Position numbers and translations under genes: made by a program. Shown here piece after piece: positions 1 through 7,277 of a stretch of 64,000 nucleotides of DNA. The notes below the pieces were generated by a model. That model saw nothing but the letters and a program-made list of their open reading frames with translations, was not told the DNA's origin and searched no databases. Source of the DNA: Mycobacteriales bacterium (GTDB taxonomy: Bacteria; Actinomycetota; Actinomycetes; JAFAQI01); NCBI GenBank assembly GCA_035548055.1, contig DASZTL010000108.1, positions 12,476 through 76,475 on the forward strand. The letters are read 5' to 3'. Numbering within the stretch: position 1 is the stretch's first letter; the number at the start of each line of letters is the position of its first letter.

Positions 1-1659
1 GCGGCCGTCGCGATCAGCTTCCCGAAGAACCTCGACCCGACCCGCCGCGCCGGCGCGGTGACCCTGTCCGGTGCACCCGCGACCGTCCTCTCCGGCGCCC
101 GCGAGAGCCTCGTGGACCTTGCCCGTGTGATCCTGTCGGCCGAGGCAGTCGGGGTGTGTCGCACCACCACCGAGATGGCCGCGGAGTACGCGAAGGTGCG
201 CGAGCAGTTCGGCCGCGCGATCGCGACATTCCAAGGCGTGAAGCATCACTGCGCGAACATGCTCGTCGCGACCGAGCTCGCGACGGGTGCCGTCTGGGAT
301 GCGGCCCGAGCGGTGGAGACGGGCGGTGACCAGGCCCGGATCGCGGCCGCAACCGCCGCCACCCTCGCCGGCCCCGCGGCGTACCTGTGCGCCAACCTCT
401 GCATGCAGGTGCACGGCGGCATCGGCTTCACCTGGGAGCACGACACCCACCTCTTCTTTCGACGCGGTACGGCGATCGGCGGGTTCGTCTCGGCCGATGC
501 GGCAGCGGTCGACGTCGTTGATCTGACCCGCAAGGGCGTCAAGCGCGAGCGCACGATCACGCTGCCGCCGGAGGCCGAGGCGATCCGCGATGAGGTCCGC
601 AGCTTCGCCGAGAGTGTGAAGGGCAAGGACGAGAAGGAGCAGCTCGCTGCGCTGATCGAGACCGGCTACGTGCAGCCGCACTGGCCGAAGCCATGGGGCC
701 GCGACGCCTCCGCGGTCGAGCAGATCGTGATCGAGCAGGAGTTCGGGGCGGCCGGCATCAAGCGGCCGAACTACGGAATCACGGCATGGGTCATCCTGAC
801 GCTCATCCAGCACGCCACTGAGGAGCAGGTCGCTCGCTGGGTGCCACCGGCGCTGCGGCAGGACCTGATCTGGTGCCAGCTGTTCTCCGAGCCGGGTGCC
901 GGATCGGACGCGGCTGGTGTGCGCACCAAGGCCACGCGCGCCGAGGGCGGCTGGATCATCAACGGCCAGAAGGTGTGGACCTCCGGTGCTCACCTGTCGT
1001 CGTTCGGTCTCGCGACGGTTCGCACCGATCCCGACGTACCGAAGCACCAGGGCATCACGACGGTCGTCATCGACATGAAGGCGCCGGGCGTCGAGGTCCG
1101 CCCGCTGCGGATGGCACCCGGCCCGTCGGAGTTCAACGAGGTCTTCTTCAACGACGTGTTCGTACCGGACGAGGATGTCGTCGGTCCGATCAACGGCGGC
1201 TGGACGGTTGCCCGCGCCACCCTCGGCAACGAGAGCGTGAGCATCGGCGGCGGCACCGGGGCGATGACCTTCCCGGGCGAGGCGCTGATCGGGCCCTTCG
1301 ACAAGCACCCCGACCGACTGGCCGGCGGCGCTGCGCGCATCGGCCGCTACATCGCCACGCAGCAGGCGATGGGCCAGCTCAACCTGCGCACCGCGAACCG
1401 CGCCGTCGCCGGAGGAGGCCCGGGTCCGGAGGGTGCCGTCACGAAGCTCGTGCTCTCGGAGCTCGGTCTCGACGCCGCGAGCATCCTCGCCGATCTCGCC
1501 GCGACCGATCTGCTGTTCATGGACGAGGCGCGTCAGATGACGGGCTACATGGTGCTGATGCAGCGTGCGATGACCATCGCGGGCGGCACCTCCGAGATCA
1601 AGCGCAACCAGATCGCCGAGCGCATCCTCGGCCTGCCGCGCGACCCGCTCATCAAGTAG
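1..1659 (+). CDS. Acyl-CoA dehydrogenase, tandem fusion, 5'-partial. The window starts inside an ACAD C-terminal helical domain, which is followed in-frame by a complete second ACAD.
   Basis: Frame 1 is open from nt 1 with no stop before 1659. Residues 1-180 carry the ACAD C-terminal signature (EMAAEYAKVREQFGRAIATFQGVKHH ... MQVHGGIGFTWEHDTHLFFRR). From about nt 540 a full second ACAD follows (WPKPWG..., SEPGAGSDAAG, IINGQKVWTSGA, ending TSEIKRNQIAERILGLPR). Confidence 0.75.
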   Translation, partial: AAVAISFPKNLDPTRRAGAVTLSGAPATVLSGARESLVDLARVILSAEAVGVCRTTTEMAAEYAKVREQFGRAIATFQGVKHHCANMLVATELATGAVWDAARAVETGGDQARIAAATAATLAGPAAYLCANLCMQVHGGIGFTWEHDTHLFFRRGTAIGGFVSADAAAVDVVDLTRKGVKRERTITLPPEAEAIRDEVRSFAESVKGKDEKEQLAALIETGYVQPHWPKPWGRDASAVEQIVIEQEFGAAGIKRPNYGITAWVILTLIQHATEEQVARWVPPALRQDLIWCQLFSEPGAGSDAAGVRTKATRAEGGWIINGQKVWTSGAHLSSFGLATVRTDPDVPKHQGITTVVIDMKAPGVEVRPLRMAPGPSEFNEVFFNDVFVPDEDVVGPINGGWTVARATLGNESVSIGGGTGAMTFPGEALIGPFDKHPDRLAGGAARIGRYIATQQAMGQLNLRTANRAVAGGGPGPEGAVTKLVLSELGLDAASILADLAATDLLFMDEARQMTGYMVLMQRAMTIAGGTSEIKRNQIAERILGLPRDPLIK

Positions 1660-1720
1660 CGAGCTCAGCTCGCCGAACCCACCGCCGCATCGCAACATCC
1701 GAGACAAGGGGTACCCGCAC

Positions 1721-2479
1721 GTGGAGATCAGTGGCAAGAAGGCTGCCATCGTCGGTGGCGCGTCGGGCATGGCCCGCGCGTCCGCGGAACAGCTGAAGGC
1801 GAAGGGCGCCTCGATCGCGATCCTCGACCTGCCGACCTCTGCCGGCGCGGAGGTGGCGAAGGAGCTCGGTGGGACGTTCCACCCGCTCGACGTGCTGGAC
1901 ACCGACCAGACCGAGCAAGCGCTCGCGGACGCCATCGAGGCCCTCGGCGGGCTGCACATCGCGGTGAACACCGCGGGTGGCGGCATCGGCAAGCGCACCC
2001 TCACCAAGGAGGGCCCGCACCCGCTGGAGGAGTTCCGCCGGGTCATCGACCTGAACCTGATCGCCAGCTTCCAGCTCAACCGGCTGCAGGCCGACGCGAT
2101 GTCGAAGAACGAACCCGAGGACGACGAGCGGGGCGTCATCATCAACACCGCGTCGATCGCGGCGTTCGAGGGCCAGATCGGCCAGGTCGCCTACGCGGCG
2201 GCCAAGTCCGGCATCGTCGGCATGACGTTCACGATGGCGCGCGACCTCGGCTCACTTGGCATCCGCGTCACCGCGATCGCGCCGAGCCTGTTCTCGACCG
2301 GCATCACGCAGGGCATCCCGGACGAGTTCGCCACGATGCTCACCAAGGACGCGGCGTTTCCGAAGCGGATGGGTCGCCCGGAGGAGTACGGCCGCCTCGC
2401 GGTCGCGATCGTCGAGAACCCGATGCTCAACGCGGGGACGATCCGGCTCGACGGCGGGCAGCGGTTCGCCCCGAAGTAG
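1721..2479 (+). CDS. SDR family oxidoreductase (3-hydroxyacyl-CoA dehydrogenase type-2-like)
   Basis: GTG start preceded by an AAGGGG Shine-Dalgarno-like sequence. Rossmann motif AAIVGGASGMARA and an S...YxxxK catalytic region (AYAAAKSG). Confidence 0.8.
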   Translation: MEISGKKAAIVGGASGMARASAEQLKAKGASIAILDLPTSAGAEVAKELGGTFHPLDVLDTDQTEQALADAIEALGGLHIAVNTAGGGIGKRTLTKEGPHPLEEFRRVIDLNLIASFQLNRLQADAMSKNEPEDDERGVIINTASIAAFEGQIGQVAYAAAKSGIVGMTFTMARDLGSLGIRVTAIAPSLFSTGITQGIPDEFATMLTKDAAFPKRMGRPEEYGRLAVAIVENPMLNAGTIRLDGGQRFAPK

Positions 2480-2500
2480 CCCAACCAGAACCGGCTACTT
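2474..2500. terminator. Hairpin immediately at the SDR stop codon: 8-bp stem AAGTAGCC/GGCTACTT with an 11-nt loop. The arm is related to the GAAGTAGCACA inverted-repeat family at 60.7 and 63.3 kb.
   Basis: Perfect 8-bp inverted repeat read directly from the sequence. There is no U-tract, so a terminator function is uncertain. Confidence 0.3.
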
Positions 2501-2502
2501 GT

Positions 2503-2576
2503 TCACTGACGCCAGCTCGCTGCCCGGCCAGGCTGTGGGTCAGGTGCTTGGCGGGTTTGCTCTCTAACCGGCTGCC
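2503..2576. repeat. Direct repeat, copy 1 (about 75 bp, roughly 80% identical to 3803-3877)
   Basis: Copy 1 reads CAGCTCGCTGCCCGGCCAGGCTGTGGGTCAGGTGCTTGGCGGGTTTGCTCTCTAACCGGCTGCC. Copy 2 reads CAGCTCCGGCCGGGCCAGGCTTGGAGTCAGGTGGCCGGCGGGTTCGTTCTCTAAGTGCCTGCC. Confidence 0.6.
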
Positions 2577-2717
2577 GCTATCGCTCGGATTGTGAAGGGT
2601 TAGCAGTAGCCCGCTACTCGTAGGTCTTCACAAACCAGAAGTGCCTTCGTTCGCGTGCGGCACGGCGCCGCCAATCCGTAACACGTCCCGCGGTGAGGGC
2701 CTGGGTACATTCCTGGT

Positions 2718-3044
2718 GTGGGTCGGCTGTGGAACTGGGCGAAACGAATGGACGAGCGGCACCTGCCGGGTCCCAACGACCTGCCTTTGGGTGTCCGCGC
2801 CAAACTGGTAACAGAGCCCGACTTCGTGTCCTTCGAGGAGGCGCGGCGGCTCCTCAACATTTCGCCCCTTCGATGGCGCTTGCTTATCAGCAACCATCAC
2901 TTGGACGCGGCGATGCTTGAGAACGGCCAGACGGGCATCACTCGAGCGAGCCTTGGTCGCGAAGTCGCGTGGCGTCAGACGGCGAGCGCGGCTAGACGTT
3001 TCGGCCGGATTGTTGGTGACGTGGCGAAGAACGCCAGCCCATAG
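2718..3044 (+). CDS. Hypothetical small protein (108 aa) with a possible HTH/excisionase-like segment (FEEARRLLNISPLRWRLLI). It sits in a lower-GC patch.
   Basis: ORF with GC3 near 75%, lower than its neighbours. No recognisable family motif beyond the HTH-like stretch. Confidence 0.4.
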   Translation: MGRLWNWAKRMDERHLPGPNDLPLGVRAKLVTEPDFVSFEEARRLLNISPLRWRLLISNHHLDAAMLENGQTGITRASLGREVAWRQTASAARRFGRIVGDVAKNASP

Positions 3045-3052
3045 GTGCCGGT

Positions 3053-3778
3053 CTAGGTCGGGCGGCGGGCGACGAACACAAGCTCGAGGTTGGGCCGGTC
3101 GGCCGCTCCCCGAATATCGGGTGCGTCAAAGCCAGCATCCCGAAGCGAAGCGACCACCTCATCGCGCCCGCGGAACCGCAGTGTCGACTCAGAGATCACC
3201 GATTCGTCCTGGCCGAACTCGAAGGTCGTCCGAAATGAGACAAGCGGTAACTCCGCAGAGGTGAGTTCCTCCCAGCACGCAACCGCGCCGACTCCATCGA
3301 TCTCTGCCTGGCGGTAGGTGGCGTCGCGACGCCACGTCTGCCACGCCTTCGCTTCCGGATCTCTCGTCTCGAAGATGAGATACCCGCCCGGACGGAGCAT
3401 CTTGAAAGCCGACCCGACGAGTCCGTCCCAGGCATCGTCCGTGAGAAAGACTTGCGCAACGTTGCCGGTCATGGTGACGGCGTCGACTGGGCCAAGTGTG
3501 AACGAGTGCGCCTCACCAAGGAGCCAATTGACGTTAGTGCCGCCAGGCTTCGCCCGAGCGACAGCGAGTGAGGCCTCGGCAGGGTCGACGGCGGTCACTT
3601 GGACACCTCGCGATGCCAGAAGGATCGCGAACGTGCCGGTGCCGCAACCGATGTCCACCATCGAGCTCACGCTCAAGCGTTCTAGAAGGGCTGCGTACTC
3701 TTCAAGGTCGCTCCGGTCAGAGTCAAGTGCGTCGTACACGGCGGCAAGCCGGGGAACCTCGAACAACCGGTCAGGCAC
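3053..3778 (-). CDS. Class I SAM-dependent methyltransferase (small-molecule type)
   Basis: Motif I VDIGCGTGTFAILLA and motif post-I VTAVDPAE. No DPPY/NPPY motif, so it is unlikely to be a DNA N6-methyltransferase. Confidence 0.8.
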   Translation of the reverse strand: MPDRLFEVPRLAAVYDALDSDRSDLEEYAALLERLSVSSMVDIGCGTGTFAILLASRGVQVTAVDPAEASLAVARAKPGGTNVNWLLGEAHSFTLGPVDAVTMTGNVAQVFLTDDAWDGLVGSAFKMLRPGGYLIFETRDPEAKAWQTWRRDATYRQAEIDGVGAVACWEELTSAELPLVSFRTTFEFGQDESVISESTLRFRGRDEVVASLRDAGFDAPDIRGAADRPNLELVFVARRPT

Positions 3779-3802
3779 AAGTCGCAGAGTAGGTGCCTAC
3801 CT

Positions 3803-3877
3803 GTTGAATCGCGTCAGCTCCGGCCGGGCCAGGCTTGGAGTCAGGTGGCCGGCGGGTTCGTTCTCTAAGTGCCTGCC
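3803..3877. repeat. Direct repeat, copy 2 (see 2503-2576), immediately 5' of the IS110-family element
   Basis: Sequence alignment to copy 1 done by eye; about 80% identity over roughly 66-75 nt. Confidence 0.6.
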
Positions 3878-3879
3878 CA

Positions 3880-5240
3880 CGACGTGTCGTGTGGCTCTCT
3901 AACGGGGTGCGCCCGCAGGTCGCCGTTATCTGGCGGGAAGTGGCTCAAGAGGGGTCTGCAGCGCTCAAGGTAGGCATGCCCTTTCCGTCGTCCGACTCGA
4001 TGACGGAGGCATGCAGTGGGTGCAGTGATGATCGGGGTCGATCCCCACAAGCTGAGCAACACAATCGTGGTGATCGACGCGGCGGAGAAGGTGCTGGCAC
4101 AGCATCGGTTCGCGAACGACCGCGCCGGCTACCAGCAGCTGAAGGCAGCCGCGCGCGGCTATCGCGACCGGACCTGGGCGGTGGAGGGCGCGCGAGGTGT
4201 CGGGCTCGGGTTGTCCCAGCGGCTGGTCGCTGAGGGTGAGCCGGTAGTGAATGTTCCACCGAAGCTCGCGACCCGGATCCGGGCGCTCGGCGGCGGCAGC
4301 GGTCGCAAGACCGACAACGCCGACGCCTATGCGGTCGCTGTCGCCGGCCTCCGCGCGAAGGACCTTCACGTGGTCACCGCGGATGACACCACCACGGTGC
4401 TGCGACTGTTGACCGACCGCCGCCAAGAGCTCGTCGAGGCCAGGATCGCGACGGTGAACCGGCTCCACGATCTGTTGCAGCAACTCATTCCTGGCGGTGC
4501 GAAGCCCGGGCTGAGCAGACACAAAGCCAAAGCGCTGCTCGCCACCGTCCGGCCGCGGGACCAGGTCGGGAAGACCCGCAAACTCATCGCCGGCGAGCAT
4601 CTCGCCGAGCTCGTCGCGATCGACGCCCGCCTCAAAGAGATGAAGCAGCGGATCAGCGCAGTGCTTGCCGAACGCCCGACCAGCCTGCTAGAGGTCCGTG
4701 GGGTCGGGGTGCTGGTCGCCGCGAAGGTCATCGCCGAGGTCGGGGACGTGCGCCGGTTCCCGTCCAAGCATCACTTCGCCAGCTACACCGGCACCGCACC
4801 GATCGACGCATCATCCGGAGACAACAACCGCCATCGGCTCAACCGCGGCGGGAACCGTCGGCTCAACCACGCCCTGCACATCATCGCGATCTGCCAGATC
4901 CGCTACCCCGGCGAAGGACAGGACTACTACCGGCGCAAACGAGCCGCTGGCAAGACGCCACTCGAGGCGATGCGTTGTCTCAAGCGGCGGCTCTCCGATG
5001 TCGTCTACCGCCACCTCGTCGCCGACCAGCTCGGCCAGATTGAAGCGAGCCCGGGAGGACACACGGGGGCGACTCTTCAATCCAGCGCGGCTGGCCCAAT
5101 CCCCACGGCCAACACTTCGGATCAGTCACTTCCCGGACCCGCCAACCAGCACGCTACCCAGGCACGCAAACGCGCGTCTTGACACAGAGGGGATCCGCTA
5201 CCTGGATTGTTGCGTGCACCAGCGCTATTAGTCTTCCGCT
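3880..5240 (+). mobile_element. IS110-family insertion sequence. Bounds are approximate; this family lacks classical terminal inverted repeats.
   Basis: Contains the single IS110-type transposase ORF. Ends were not determined; the left flank abuts repeat copy 2. Confidence 0.45.
4016..5182 (+). CDS. IS110 family transposase
   Basis: N-terminal IGVDPHK (DEDD RuvC-like domain) and C-terminal YTGTAPIDASSG...RLNRGGNRRLN motif, both characteristic of IS110/IS1111 transposases. Confidence 0.9.
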   Translation: MGAVMIGVDPHKLSNTIVVIDAAEKVLAQHRFANDRAGYQQLKAAARGYRDRTWAVEGARGVGLGLSQRLVAEGEPVVNVPPKLATRIRALGGGSGRKTDNADAYAVAVAGLRAKDLHVVTADDTTTVLRLLTDRRQELVEARIATVNRLHDLLQQLIPGGAKPGLSRHKAKALLATVRPRDQVGKTRKLIAGEHLAELVAIDARLKEMKQRISAVLAERPTSLLEVRGVGVLVAAKVIAEVGDVRRFPSKHHFASYTGTAPIDASSGDNNRHRLNRGGNRRLNHALHIIAICQIRYPGEGQDYYRRKRAAGKTPLEAMRCLKRRLSDVVYRHLVADQLGQIEASPGGHTGATLQSSAAGPIPTANTSDQSLPGPANQHATQARKRAS

Positions 5241-5942
5241 GTGCGGAAGCAGTTCCACTTCAGGCCGAGCCCGGGTGGACTCCACGCTTGGGATGTCCAG
5301 CGCCTCGTCGACCTCACGAGCGATCAGGCGCCTGAAGACCTCCCACTGGACGAGATCGCCGAGCTCAACGAGGACTGGTGGTACGCGCACGAATCCGAGC
5401 CCACGATCAGGTCCATCGCCGAACACGCCCGCCTTATCAATACCGTCGACCTGTCCTTCCCGATCATCGTCGACCCCGACAGGCGACTCATGGACGGCAT
5501 GCATCGCGTTATCAAGGCGCTACTTGCGGATCATAAGTCGATCGCGGCGAGGCGATTACGCGCCCTACCCGAACCCGACCGCACGGACCACAAGACCATC
5601 AACCCGCCGGTACGGCGGCCGCATCAGATACTGGATGGTCGACTACGAGCAGGCGCGAGATGCACTCTCGTCCCGTCGCGACCGGACGTGGGTTCTGGTG
5701 GACCGACAGGCTTTGGGTCGAAGCTGCAGGATTGCCGCCCCGGAAGGTCGCAATCGACCAGATCCCTGAGTTCGATAGGAACTGCTGGTTCTCGGAGGAC
5801 TTACCGCCGACGTGCCGTGCCATCGCTGAACACGTCCGCCGCATCAACTCGGCTGACCTTCAATTCCCGATCGTCTTGGCAGCCGACGGCGGGCTCATGG
5901 ACGGAGGCCACCGACTCGCGAAGGCATGGCTTGGCGAGATGA
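5241..5942 (+). CDS. ParB/Srx-fold (ParB-like nuclease domain) small protein, paralog A. The 3' end is uncertain: the homologous domain ends near 5600, and the ORF tail runs out of frame over paralog B.
   Basis: LMDGMHRVIKALL matches the DGxHR core of the ParB/Sulfiredoxin superfamily. The first 120 aa or so align with the following ORF. The tail (Ser/Arg/Thr-rich) looks like non-coding translation. Confidence 0.45.
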   Translation: MRKQFHFRPSPGGLHAWDVQRLVDLTSDQAPEDLPLDEIAELNEDWWYAHESEPTIRSIAEHARLINTVDLSFPIIVDPDRRLMDGMHRVIKALLADHKSIAARRLRALPEPDRTDHKTINPPVRRPHQILDGRLRAGARCTLVPSRPDVGSGGPTGFGSKLQDCRPGRSQSTRSLSSIGTAGSRRTYRRRAVPSLNTSAASTRLTFNSRSSWQPTAGSWTEATDSRRHGLAR

Positions 5943-6040
5943 CGCACATTTCGGCGGTGCAGTTCGATCGTGACCCCGAGCCGGATTGGATCGAAGCAGC
6001 CGGCACATACATGCCGTTCTGTGGCGACGCTTCGGGCTAG
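5660..6040 (+). CDS. ParB/Srx-fold small protein, paralog B (126 aa)
   Basis: IAEHVRRINSADLQFPIVLAADGGLMDGGHRLAKAWL aligns to IAEHARLINTVDLSFPIIVDPDRRLMDGMHRVIKALL of paralog A. It shares the DG(x)HR motif. Confidence 0.5.
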   Translation: MHSRPVATGRGFWWTDRLWVEAAGLPPRKVAIDQIPEFDRNCWFSEDLPPTCRAIAEHVRRINSADLQFPIVLAADGGLMDGGHRLAKAWLGEMTHISAVQFDRDPEPDWIEAAGTYMPFCGDASG

Positions 6041-7272
6041 ACGGTGCGGCCTCTCGACCTCGATCGGGCGGGGGCTCGGACCGACCGAACTGAAGCGGAA
6101 GCTCCGGCCGAGCGACTGAAGCCCTCGGGCACGAGTACGTCGTCCGGGCCCAGGTCGTGCACCGACGCGTGGCCGAGGCCCATGACGGCGGAGTCGATCC
6201 CGCCTCTGAGGATGTCGAGCACGTTCTCGACGCCCGCCTGGCCGTTGGCGGCGAGCCCCCACAAGTAGGCGCGGCCGATCATGACGGCGCGCGCGCCCAG
6301 CGCGAGCGCCTTCACCACGTCACTGCCCCGTCGTACGCCGCCATCGAGCACGATCTCGATGTCCTTGCCGACGGCCTGCGCGATGGGCTGCAGCATCCGG
6401 ATGGTGGCCGGGGTGCTGTCGAGGTTGTTGCCACCGTGGTTGGACACCGAGATCGCGGTGACGCCGGCGTCGACCGCGCGCCGCGCGTCATCGATGCGGG
6501 TGATGCCCTTGAGCAGGAACGGGCCACCCCACTCCTTGCGCAGCCACGCGACGTCTGCCCAGGTCGGAAGCGGCGTCTGCATCCACTCGCCGTACGCGCC
6601 GAAGAACGTGGGGCCGCGCTCGTCCTTGGAGTCGGCCAGATTGGGCACCGACAGGTCCGGCAGCCGACGCGCGTTGAGGAACTGCATCAGCCAACCGGGA
6701 CGGCGCAAGATCTCCGGTGCGAACTTGAACGCCGTCGGCAGGTTGACCGCCTCCGGAATCGCCGGGCTCCCCCAGTCACGCCCGTTGGAGAACGACCAGT
6801 CGAGAGTGACGATGACGCCGACTGCCCCGGCGGTGCGGGCGCGCTCCATCCGGGCGAGCATCTGGTCCTTCGAGCCCGACCAGTACATCTGGAAGAAGGT
6901 CTGCGGGTTGGCCGCGACGACCGCCTCGACCGGCTTGCTCGCAAACGAGCTGAGACCCATCGCGGTCCCGCGAGCGGCTGCTGCGCGAGCCACCGCGACC
7001 TCGCCATCGGGATGCACCGCCTGCACGCCAGTCGGCGAGATGATCACCGGCATCGAGATCGGCTGGCCCATTACGGTGGTCGACAGGTCGCGCTGCGCCG
7101 ACAAGCCCGCGACGTGCGGCGCGAAGCCGAGCTCGCCGAACGCCTCCTCGTTGTCGAACAGCGTGCGGCCTCGCTCGGAGCCGGCGACCAGCGCGCCGTA
7201 GACCGACGCGGGCAACCGCTTCTTCGCCCGCCGCTGCGCCTCTGCGACCGTTTCGAACCAGTCATTCGCCAT
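6037..7272 (-). CDS. mftD: FMN-dependent alpha-hydroxy-acid dehydrogenase family protein; by its context, the mycofactocin pre-maturation enzyme MftD
   Basis: LldD/glycolate-oxidase-like TIM-barrel sequence (SNHGGNNLD, GGVRRGSDVVKALALGA). It lies 5 nt downstream of mftF in the mft operon. Confidence 0.75.
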   Translation of the reverse strand: MANDWFETVAEAQRRAKKRLPASVYGALVAGSERGRTLFDNEEAFGELGFAPHVAGLSAQRDLSTTVMGQPISMPVIISPTGVQAVHPDGEVAVARAAAARGTAMGLSSFASKPVEAVVAANPQTFFQMYWSGSKDQMLARMERARTAGAVGVIVTLDWSFSNGRDWGSPAIPEAVNLPTAFKFAPEILRRPGWLMQFLNARRLPDLSVPNLADSKDERGPTFFGAYGEWMQTPLPTWADVAWLRKEWGGPFLLKGITRIDDARRAVDAGVTAISVSNHGGNNLDSTPATIRMLQPIAQAVGKDIEIVLDGGVRRGSDVVKALALGARAVMIGRAYLWGLAANGQAGVENVLDILRGGIDSAVMGLGHASVHDLGPDDVLVPEGFSRSAGASASVRSVRAPARSRSRGRTV

Positions 7273-7277
7273 GTCTG

